A stretch of DNA of 64,000 nt from Phoronis australis. Lineage: Eukaryota > Animalia > Phoronida. The notes beneath the pieces were generated by a model. That model saw only the letters and a list, made by a program, of their open reading frames with translations. It had not been told where the DNA came from and searched no databases. The translations under genes were made by a program, and so were the position numbers. Where the stretch lies: the NCBI GenBank assembly GCA_002633005.1, contig NMRA01000013.1, positions 1,550,185-1,614,184 of the forward strand, read 5' to 3'. Each line of letters starts with the position of its first letter. The stretch's first letter is position 1. Shown here in pieces: positions 52,333 to 64,000 of this stretch.

Positions 52333-52511
52333 CTGCAACATAGACCAAGCAGTTTTAAACAAAACAATTAGCAGTAGTTGGTCGTTATGCTTATTTACTC
52401 CACCTCAACTTCAGCTTTTCAGCGACACCAGTTATGATGCTTTACACACAACCACAATGTGCAGTTATGATTGACTGAAAATCCCCAATACTCAGCCATC
52501 GAATTCAGGAG

Positions 52512-52675
52512 CAGGGATAGATCAAGGATGTTTTAAAAGGGGGGAGGGGGGTGGATCAAGGATTTTTTTAAAAAGGAGAATCCAAGTCAATAACATGGAA
52601 ATTCTAGATTTGATATCATTGAAATCAAGGGAAAAGGGGGGTCCGGACCTCCTAGACTCCCTGGATCTGCCTATG
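52512..52675. mobile_element. Degenerate short MITE of the same hAT5-like family, in a TBC1D1 intron
   Basis: CAGGGATAGATCAAGG...CCTGGATCTGCCTATG. Flanks AGGAG and AAGAG form a 5-bp TSD with one mismatch. Confidence 0.6.
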
Positions 52676-55556
52676 AAGAGATTTGTTAATGGTGTGAGAG
52701 AATTTCTGAAGGTTGCCCTGACAGAACTTAATCTGGGGCAACCAGCTGTTTTACACAGCTTGCAGACACAAGAACAAAGACACAGTCTCACACATGAAAT
52801 TAGTGGACCTCCGGGAGTCATCCCTAGCATAACATGAAGCCGAGCTACACAGTCACAAGCCACTGACATAACCAGACCAGTCAAGAAGAGGAAAATCTTT
52901 ACAAATCTTACTTCTCTGACCACCATGACAATAGCTAAAGGACAGCCAAAACATAAGACACTCGATTAGTGTTCAGCCACAAATGGTCTTGTCACACTTA
53001 GGATATAATCGAGACAAAAACTGTTAAAAAACACAGCTGGCCCAAGTCAAATGAAGCGGACAGGACACATTGAGACTATTTATGCCACATGATCCTTCTA
53101 AATTCTCAAAAGTCATGGTGACATGGGTTTTACCATGTATCTCTGGTTGCACCAAGAAATAGGCGTCTTCGTTATTCCACGAATCTGAGTGATTTACCAC
53201 ACTTTAGACACAGCTGTTTTTATTGGCTCTAATTGTACAAGTGTGTGACTGGCAGCCTTGCGTCATAGATTTAATCACCTTTAAAGTACCAAGTAACATT
53301 CTGAGAAACTAAATTTTTACACAACAAAAAATGCTCAGGGCAGACAACAACAGGAAGAAAAGTGACAGCTGCAATATATACTGTAATGAATGTTTCACAA
53401 CAGATACCAATACCTGGGGGTTGATAGGAACTAGTAATCAAGAAGTGCTTCCATATCAATTGAAAAAGGCCTCTAATGACCATTATATTACACAAAATCA
53501 ACGTATTTATCCCTTTCAAAGACAATGATGACATCAGTTGAAAAATGGGACGGCCATGCGCATTCTACAGCAGAAACATAGAACCAATTTCAATACCAAG
53601 ATTAAAAAACCTACCTGCGCCCAAACTAAAATCACGAAAAAACAACACCGGCACACAGATACACAGGCAAAAAATTTAGTCTCATACTTTATGTTTGTGC
53701 TGGCCAGTACCTCATAATTCGGTTGTGTTTTATTTCCAGCAAATTCAGCTGAATTCTTTTTTCGAGTTGGCACCATAACAACACAATGTAAATAAAACTT
53801 GTTTTACATCTTTATGATGTTCATTACACAGTTTCAATTTTTAGATTTACTGAACTGAGAAACAGTGACAAAAAATAATGAATTTAGAAAACCTATCATT
53901 AATTAGTAAAACTGCATTTAGTGGACAATTCTAAGAGAACGTAAAATATGTAAAAAACTGTGTACCTGCATGCCGTGAAGCTCCTTCATGTCAGCCACGT
54001 GCTTAAACACAGCAATTACTCTCAAAGACGTCAAGCAGAGAAGTGATAAAAAACAGGACATAAAACCCAGCTATATTTATAAGTGCATCCCCACACTCGG
54101 GTTATTAGTCATAAATCTGTGGTCAGACAGGACAGGATTAATAAGAAGCCTTCTAGAGGATTTGCGGTCAATTGGTATTTCCCAGTTTTCATGACACAAA
54201 TTATCGTTCTTTCAGATCAAAATAAACAAAAGTGACCCTACCTCCAACAAAACAAAAGAAATCAGGGCATAAGATTTTATTATCAGTGCGACTACTATAT
54301 AGAATGCCACACCTACCAAATCTTCCGCCACTGAGACAAGAGACGTTTTAGATTCATAACTAGTGGTAAGGTTTTTCTACAAGTAACCACATGGTGGTAA
54401 GTAGCGAGCACCACAGAGAAAAAACTAAAAACAGTTTTTCATGTTAACTCAAAAAATGAGAAAACAAGTTTTGCAAACAACACATGTGGCAAAAGCATTA
54501 ATTTTGCAAAGCCGCAAAACGCAACAGTCTATTTCTGCATTTAATCAAAATGTTATTTTCTGAATATTATCTACGAATTGATAGAACTAAACCTGTGATA
54601 CTGGCACAGAACAAACGAGAGCTACCAATGTACAGATAGCTTAACGATGCTGTTCGATTAATTAATGAGGAAGTATAACTGCCATGGCTTATCAAATTCT
54701 CCACAGCACTTAAAACCTCAGCCCAAACTTGGTTAGCCCTGAACAGATGGGGTATGCCAGATCAATTATCTCCCGGACCAGATGTTGACAGCATCTTCTA
54801 TCAGATAAATCCCTCCTCACAAGTGCAGCAACATATGGCTTGCAGACAACTCAAAACGCTATCTGCAGTCAGGTTACACTTTTGTCATGTATGGGAGATA
54901 TGCTATGGCCATCTCACAGATTGAGTTCCCTACAAATGGCCAGGAATATTCAGCAGATTTGTTTACTGGATTGGGAAGAAACAGTTACATGGTTACACTC
55001 CTCCTGGCTATATATCTGGGTTCTAACTTGTCAAAGAAACTTATCATTTGCATTACAATAATGGCGCTTAAATTGGGGACTAAAAATCAGGGGTTGGGCT
55101 TTAAACAGAGCATGAGTACTTATAAAAACATTAGAAGTCGCGAGGTGAACTGGTGAACTGCAACTCATTTCAATGCTCTCACCGTTTTTTGTACGTGAGT
55201 ACCGTTAAATGACATAAATTATAAAGGTTATTGGGCACGATAAATTAGAACGTACCCAAGCCAAAAGAAATGTATAATCCGCTTTTGTAGAGAGCAGGAG
55301 AGTGCAAGTGCTTATCCTGACAGTAACCCACAGCTTAGTGAGTTGAATTCTTTTAATATAAAAATTCAAACGAGACAGGCAAAGACAAGTGTTGATCGTA
55401 TGAATAGGGATTGGGTCAGCCGAACATGGGTGCATAAGAGTCAAAACTTAGAAACTTCTAGGGTAGGTGGTAAGCTGAGTATGGATGTCAACCAAACAAG
55501 TACAGTAATTATGTATTAGTTATGTAACAATGGCTAGTAGGAGACAATGACTTAAC

Positions 55557-55613
55557 AGACGAAAAATTTCCTACTAGACGAAAAATTTCCTACTAGACAA
55601 AAAATTTCCTACT
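55557..55613. repeat. 19-bp x3 tandem repeat
   Basis: Unit AGACGAAAAATTTCCTACT. Confidence 0.85.
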
Positions 55614-58600
55614 GGCCTTCTGGAGCAAAAGAACAAGCACTGTTGGTGACTGTAACTCAAGGCTACATTCGACTAAACATTCACGAGCAAAACTTCCAAA
55701 TTTTCACTTTTAAATGCTCATGTTCAACTTGCCATCCACCCTAATTTATACGATCGAGACTTCCTTGAAACGGCTCGCATCTAAGAGTTTCAATTACGAT
55801 AATTGTTCACTTAATGCGCACAAAAAAATTCTAACAATTGTCCTTTTCCTTTCCTCAAAGGTAAATTAACTAGCTGCAACTAGTGAAAAATTAATTAAAT
55901 GTTATTTTGCGACATCTTACACAGTACAAACCAAACCACCATAAAATCTCACTAATTTGGGAAAAAGTATAACCATTTTTCAAAAGCTTCTAACGTTGTA
56001 GCAAATGCCCACAATTTTTCAGAATTACTGTCAGATGGAAAATACAGTGCAGATCTTAAAATGGTAAAGCAGTTGTTTAGTGTTCCTTATCTTTACTGCA
56101 AAAATGAAAATGTATAATTTATCGAGCCGACTACATTGCGTCCTGCATTGGTCAGATTTTGCTGTTACTGTAGTAACCACTTAGAGAACAAAAGAGTATG
56201 ATACTCAAATTATAACTTCTCAAAAGAGGCATGACTGTTGCCGAGAGCTGCGCCAAAGGGATTTCCTCTAATCAATTTAAATTGTTGTCTGGCCTATGAC
56301 TCAATTTCTACCTAACTTGTCATTGATTGTCTGGCCTAGATACAAAGATTTTATCTCAAATGATGTCACACTCCCTCTACATCACAATGGTTTCAGAGAG
56401 ACACCCTCCTCGAGAGATTGAAAATTTTATGTTATATTCTCAGTAACTTCAGTCATAGAAAACATACAAACAACAGACCCCCTGTTCACAAACTGGCTAA
56501 AATGCTAACATTTTCACCAAAATGACAGTCAAGAATGGTTACCAGTGTCACTTTCGCTTGAGCTTTGAGTTACCACATAACTGCAGTTTCAGCTAGCACT
56601 TTTGTAGCCAGACGACTTGTAAATTTCAAAGGACACACATGCCCAGGGGTAACATGACTTGGGATCATCGTGGACGTCTTGAGAAATGGGAAAATCCACA
56701 ATCGACATCCTATTCGTGAAATTCTGGATACATACCGGTATATAGGGCATGTCGTACACTAAGCATTTATCAGTTCTCCATAACATGTCACAACAACCTG
56801 TTTATCGTCATTTTCATGTTTGAATAGTTTACGACCAGTTAGAAAAAATAGAAACTAATTTGGAAAAAAGGCATCGCTATCATTAACTTTACTTCATTTC
56901 TTTAAATTTTATTTTAACTTCAAACAGCAATATGATAATCCAGAAGTAAACTTAGTAACAAGGCAGGCAAATGACTGTATTGGGGTGTCTATGTATTTTG
57001 CCAAATATTTACAAAACCGAAGATTTTAACTCAGTTAAAGTACCGGTATATATTTTCTGAAAGCAAAAATTCTTTAGAACTTGATTTTTGACTTCATACA
57101 TATCTGCTATCAATTGGGTCACATGACCATACATTTTTAGTAAAAGTTAGCGAAAAATGCACTTCCATAGCAAAACATCAGTATCAATAGCATGACAAAT
57201 GTTCAAAAACACAACAGTTTAAGTTTTGCAAATTATTTTGTTTTCATTTTTGATTTTTTCATCATCAAATAATAAATGTCTTTTTTGATGGCCCTTGGCG
57301 CAAACATGAAATATTTTAAACACAACTCCAAACAGGGTTTTGCATAATATTGCATAACACATGGTGTTTGAGTTTCATATGAATCCCAACAGCCAGTCCT
57401 GAGATATGTTATTCTGACGTTTGAACAATGGCCGTCGTGTGCTTCCAGCACATTTGATGGAGTTTGCGCATTTCCGACACATTTCCCTTTTCAGCTGAAG
57501 AGTGAAGAGTATTGATTGATTAAATGACTAGTGGAACTTTTTTACGCAAAAATGTATCATATTCATTACACCATATCTTTTTTGTCAATTGTCATTTTGT
57601 GTTTGATTTTACTTTATTTCTGTTTTTGTTGACAAAGGAAGTTATTACATCCGAAAACTTCAAATTTCAGTTGATCCATTCTTGTTGTTTTATTTACCGA
57701 TTTAAATACGGTACAAATTCAGATAACGCTGGACTAGGACGAACAGGTCTAAGGACAGAACAAAAAATATTACGCTTTGAAATGAACAGTTTTCCAACAG
57801 AAGCCATCTCCACTTTGTCACTTCGATAACACCTAGCTATCATCTTTGGCCCGTGATATCCAAAGATTAGGGTATCAAGTGACCTGCGATAAGATTTTAG
57901 AACCTGATATTTCATGACCGAACAAATGTTTGTACCATTCTCACAAAGTCTGCCAGTAATTATGACATATGTGACATAACAATCCATAGGTCCAGAGGAC
58001 AACAAGCCTGGGTAAACCCCCCACACTCCGGTTTTTCAAGCATTTACCCTTCAACAAAAGTAGAAAACTTTTGACACGGAAAACTTCCGTTCATGTTGAT
58101 AGTAGTTAAGAGAAGACAATTATTTTAACAAAGTCACAATTGCAATTACAAACTAGCATTTCTGTACTCCATATACAAGCAAAATCATCAGCCAAGGAGC
58201 GGGCTGAAGAGGGGGTAGGGGTTAGCCTCACATGGAACTTTTATGAGTTCCAGACTGATGACACATTTTTTATTATCCCACCTCTACCTCCCCTGGTCAT
58301 TACTAATTAACCACCCTCACTAAAAGTTCCTCCTTGGTCATCCTGATACCAATTTTCTCTCAAACTCATGAAATTTGTACTTCCAGGAATAATTACAGAC
58401 CAAAAACACAAAATCACATTTATGGTGAACTTCAAATCCTGGCTCACGGGACATGAAAATGTCTCTTTCACATTAACAGAAACCTATTTAAAGTTACATC
58501 AATCTGGTACCCTGCACGTTTTACACCCTAGCGTGGCAGTTTTTCTACACAGATTACTCATTTTTGCCACATTTGACATACTTTTAGCGTTTTGTCATGT

Positions 58601-60957
58601 AAAATTCTCACCCGAGACCATCTCAGACAATTATAGTCTAGATTTATTAACAAAAAATAAGAATAATTGTCTTGATGCCAGCACAAGTGAACCATGCTAC
58701 GATAGGTTAGAAAATTGAAGCAAACGCTTTTTGAAATTAATGTTTACTGAAAAATTCAATGATGTTCCATTTTCTGTAATAGTTTAGTGTAAAAGCAAAC
58801 TGTTTAAAAATTACAATGACTGCACACTGTAAAAATTGCTATTTCTCAATTTTCAAAGGGTGATTACCAAGTTCCAAATATTGGATCACACTACAAACCT
58901 AGTGATGGACTAAATTATTCAAGTAATTAATATTTAAATAAAATTTCACTTGTCCCCCATGTTTTGTACTAAATAGGCGAAGAATCACCCGGGAACAGAG
59001 AAGAGTCAAATGATTATTTAAACATAAGATGGTTCTCATGAGTTTTGAATCGGCTGTTCTGTGCAATTCAGGCCCGACCTATGTGGCCAGTGCATATCCG
59101 ATGCATTTCAGACATTGAATGGCGTGAAAATTATTTAATATCATTTAGCACAGGGAACCAAGTCTTGCTGATCTTTTAATGGTAGAATAAGAAAGGTTAA
59201 CAAGATCAATACATGATACTCTCTCATACGGCAGAACCAGCAACCTATAACAAATCAAATTGTACCAAAATATTCATCAAATTGACCTACATAATCTACT
59301 TAGAGTGTTGATTGCTCATGCAAGTCTGCATGTTTCCTGATGACTCACCTGACTAATCCAAGCTCATTATAGAGAGGTGATACTGTGAACATGTAGTCTC
59401 CATTATAATATCCCAATGATGGTTCAGCTGGATTAGTCATTAAAACCATTGCTGTCAAAGAGGGAGAGAGACTACGCTGGTTTTATACAAGTGATGTGAA
59501 AACTGTTGTGCTCCCAATTTACATTATGGTTGTCATTGCAGAGGTACAGTACATCACTATGCCAGCAGAGGGTTCTGTCCAGAACACAATTTTAGCTGGA
59601 GGTGGCTTCACATGTGATCAGCAAACAATGTCACATCTTCCAAATATAGTAATACCCAGAGTATCTGTTAACACACATCCTGCAAGATGTGACCAATGCA
59701 ACGCACATCATTGCACACAACGTGGCCTTGGCCAAGGGACAAAAATTCTTTCACATAATGGAAATTGGTCACAGTGACATCCCTGCTTGAGATGAAGCCA
59801 ATGCTGCACTTACTAGCCAAGCACAAGTCAAAAACTTAAACTTGCTTTTCTAGGCCTTTCACTCAGATAAAACTGGTACCAACCCATCTCTTACTAAGTT
59901 TAGGCTTGTGAACAACTGACAGATCATTGTTGCACAACACCATGGGGGGTAAATCTTTGCCAATCTCGATCCTGATCTAAATATTAGATCCAAATTATCG
60001 CAAATTCCACCAGAATGCCTTATATTTGGAAATGCTACCTGATCTATCAAAAACATTCTTTTAAACAAAAAATGACATTGTGTGCTCATGGACACAATTC
60101 ACAAGTGTACATACATTACAATGACATGACTTTTTTAAAATTATGCAATTCAATCTTATTAATGTGCACTGAAAGTTCACCGCCACAATAATGCTGGTTT
60201 CAACATAAAGTTGAAATTGAGAGATGACTGACAAACTGTGAATTCAGAGCTTGCTGAGTGACTTATAACACATGCTCTTAATTATCATTCAGCTTAATTA
60301 CATGAACATCACCAAAGTCCTAAAAGTCTAAAAGTCCTATATCAAGGTAAGGAAATTTTCTGTGATTTAAACAATCACAAAAACTTTTTACAGAAAAAAA
60401 TACAATTTTAAAAGGCGATTAGCAACGCCTAAATAGTCAGCTCCTTGGACGATAACCTCACCTAAAATATGATGTATTTAGCTTTTTAATTTAACTGCAT
60501 GCTCACAAACCCAAATGCAGTAAAGGCGAGCAAGAAAATCATGCTTCCAGTGGAAGAACGAAACACAAATTAAAACCAAAATGATTGTTCACTGTGACTA
60601 CACACATGGCTTTTATGTTTTATTCCACATTAGTCGCTGCTGTTCTGGTATCCCCATTGAAGATAATACTCCACAGATAAGACAGCTGTAAAAGCAGTAC
60701 AGTTATAAAATCCTTAATGTTCCTAACCATTCATAAATCTTCATGAAGTCTTCATTTCTCCACATATACATTGCATCGTCAACAATCTGACTGTTGCCAG
60801 TTATGACGTTTTATTAACTTTCAAAACATCTTCTGGAAATTTGTCGAGCCAAAATTTATCAAATACCGTAAGTTTTATGGGCCAGTGTTTTCCCTACATG
60901 TATTTAAACAAGGGGAAACACCAAGTTTGACAAGTTCTGCATCAAGTTTGAGAATTT

Positions 60958-61095
60958 CGAGTCATGTTTGAAAACCTCTGAGCCATGTTTAATCTCATGG
61001 GCCATGCTTGAAAAGCTCCGAGCCATATTTAATCTCATGAGCCATGTTTGAAAAGCTCTGAACCACGTTTAATCTCATGGGCCATGTTTGAAAAG
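60958..61095. repeat. About 41-bp x3 tandem repeat with two related half-units
   Basis: GCCATGTTTGAAAAGCTCTGA / GCCATGTTTAATCTCATGG repeated. Confidence 0.8.
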
Positions 61096-64000
61096 TCCAA
61101 ATTTTGTTAGCCAATACTCAGCTCTGTTTGAGCTGAAGGGCCAACAAACATTTTCCACAAATTTATGAAATGGACATATAAAATAAAAAATAGGAGAAAA
61201 ATACTTGAGTGAGTGTTTTAGTACCAACCAAATCAAATTTCCTTCGCAGTAACACAAACGACTGAAATAGCTTGCATAGTGGTAGTTAACTATTATTCTT
61301 TTGTTGTAAACATAATGAGTTACATGTCCAATAAATGGGAATATTGTGTAACTGTTTATGTGAATCCCTAGAAAGGAGGATAAGGATGTGAAAACTCTAA
61401 GCACAAATTTCCACCATGTTTGAACTTTTGTTTAGCATGAGAGAGAACCTTGTGGTCATTCCATGGCTTTTTGTTTTAAGGAACAAACTTTTAGGAATCG
61501 AAGTTCATCATATAATTTAAAGAAGTCGAAGAATTGAATCAGTCAGCTGCTATAACTAAAAGAGGGTGTGTCGTTCCATTAAAACAGACTGTTATAGGGC
61601 CAGCACAGACATTTTCAAATTTCGTCAAATTCCACGGCCGCCCTTTGGTTGACACAAATTTCCACCACATTCATTTGTTGTCACAAATGAACCATGCACC
61701 AATAGCCACCCATGAACACATACCCCACAAGCTTGACATGGGTGCTGTTCACATTAGTGGGGGAAGCACGCCTCCCCTACTTCCTAGGGACCTGACCTTC
61801 GCAGTAAACAACATTGTAGAATTGGTGACTACGCAGACTATAGAAAAGTGTGATCAGCTTTCACATCACATTGATCTCATGCATTTTTAACAGAAAGTGC
61901 CTCATATTCATCAAGTTGGTGTTGAGCACAAATTAACAGTGCATTCAACAATGACTTTCAAGAGCGGATGGTGTTAACAAATTAAACATAATATGTTTCA
62001 TAAATTTGCATTTTATTAATGGACTTGCTTTTTTGGTGCCACTAAAAATGTCAAAGTTACTGTGAAAAAGGACTACACTGTCGTTATAATGGACATAAAA
62101 ACCTCCTGGATGAAGGTTTCCATTAATGTAATCTGGAAGGTTGTTCATGACAGGCATAAACCATTAGAGAGCTCTTGATACAACATGACATCTGCGATAG
62201 ATTATCAACTGAAGGGTTACAACTTGCATATAGCAAATAATGTGCTATACTGAACTCAAAACTTGTTTAGTTATAAATAGATACTGTTATTTGACAAGAA
62301 TTTTCTGAAAGGAACTGTTCTAAAAATGAAACCAATGTTACTTAGTACTTGTCTGGGTTAATGTCCATTTTTGACACAACATCTACCATGAAAATTTACA
62401 AATTTTTGCTATCACACCCACCCCTATCTGATGAGGTTGAGATTTCCTTTAAAGTGACCGTGTCTTAATGGATGCCGTCCTGTGCCGTACCTTGTTATTA
62501 ACAGTGAGCCCCTTACTACATTGTCCACATTCTGGCACCATATACCGTATGTGACTCAAAGTAAATGCAGGTCTCAGAGTGTTGGCCCAAATCAAATGTT
62601 CNGGTGGAGAGGGTGCAGAGGTGGAATGCCCATCCCCATCATTTGCAACAATTTCATTTTTATACATTTGCTCCCTCTCGTCCTTAATTTTGAATTTCCT
62701 AGTTTAAGCTCCTGTGGGTTAACATGGACAAATACAGTACTGTTCCCTTGAGCTCTTAATGTTTTCTACCAATAAATGTTACTGAGAACATTACAATCTG
62801 AAAGTTCTGGGGTGTCAGTTGTTACGTGAATTGGCACCTCCATATAAGGCAATACTTAACATGTACATAGTAAAGGCACAGACGCCAAGTCCATGGTACG
62901 GTTCAAGTACAGCTAAGCATAATATCCAAACTGAAACATCTAAAGGCTGTGATTCAAAATAATCTTAGATTTAAAATGCAGGCTGATGGTAATTTCACCT
63001 AGACATTATATCTTCCAGGAAATAAAGGCACCCAGCAGAAATGGTAATGGTCTGATATAACGTGCCTGAATTTTGAGAACCAGTTTTCTCCTCTGAATAA
63101 TGGGCATCGAACTGGTTCTCAAAATACGGGTATATTATGTCAAAGTATTGCCAAGCAAAAATCCCCTGCAGTATAACGGCTGCATGCAACAACTCAGTTC
63201 TTATGTTGGACACTCAGAACACGCTACCAGTCAAAATTACCAAAAGACAGGCCAAGTAAGAACCATGACACCAAATATATATATTAATGACCACTACTAA
63301 TATAACACATTAACGCTATTGTGAAGTTCAGTGACAAAGCCTACATGTTTTGGCTTCTCAAAAGGTACGATATCATGTTAGGTCAAGGAAGTGATCTTGT
63401 CTCAGTACTAGTGGAGGTTTTCATCATTTGACGTTGACTTGGGTAACAACTTTCCTGCAAACTTGTAAATGATATGATCAGGAGCTTATATGTGAGGCAA
63501 CACACTCTCTTACGATAAGGCTTAACAGACATTGAAAAAAGGACATACAGAATTACTTGAATATTCCGCACCATTAAAGAACAGATAACTAGCAGGTTGG
63601 CTTAACACCCCCTAAGATCCAGGGACAGATTGGGTGAGCATTGAGCAATATTTGGAGCAAGATGGGTATGGAATTTCAATTCTCCTTCTTGAACCAAAAG
63701 GGGCATGTTCAGGGGATGAATTATTTCTCATCAAATCGCCAAATAGCATGTACTGCCAAGAAGCAATGAAAAATGTAAACATCAAGTTATAGCTGAGATA
63801 ATACTTGCAAATTTAGAAAGCTAAAACGCAGGGCTACCAAATATAGCAAGAGTCAAAAAACAACATTGTTTACCAAATGTAATTACCTTCTCTTCACTGT
63901 ATGCTTCGAATACAAAGCAACAAAACGGTGCATCTGTGCTGGTCCTAGTTAGGTAGGCAAAGCAACAGAGATCCTGATGAGCCCGAGCAAACCGGGTCAG

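Noticed and set aside
52333-64000. Numerous 60-130 aa ORFs in the right-hand 11 kb
   Set aside because: No recognisable motifs or consistent splice phases. The region reads as a large TBC1D1 intron with decayed repeats.

Overview
Eukaryotic, intron-rich, AT-rich genomic DNA from an invertebrate-type metazoan draft assembly with two N-gaps (17210-17697, 33148-33279). The left third holds three highly diverged paralogous genes (CDS 4523-5774 -, 12028-12954 -, 14484-15811 +). I reconstructed each from two coding exons. Each encodes a 179-204 aa secreted protein made of four tandem 4-Cys repeats (16 invariant Cys), which I cannot assign to a known family. This is the main candidate novel system. 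The cluster sits among non-autonomous DNA transposons: an IS3EU-like element with a 6-bp TSD and hAT5-like MITEs with 5-bp TSDs. About 2 kb, including the last exon of paralog 3, is repeated across the first gap and is probably an uncollapsed allele. Next come LRRC51 (-) and MTIF3 (+), head-to-head on a very short bidirectional promoter. The rest is 18 coding exons of a TBC1D1/TBC1D4 (AS160/pollux) Rab-GAP gene (-), whose 5' end is not resolved here. One of its exon ends has been amplified into a 61-bp minisatellite that multiplies the splice donor. All exon calls come from manual reading of splice sites and frames; no database search was run.
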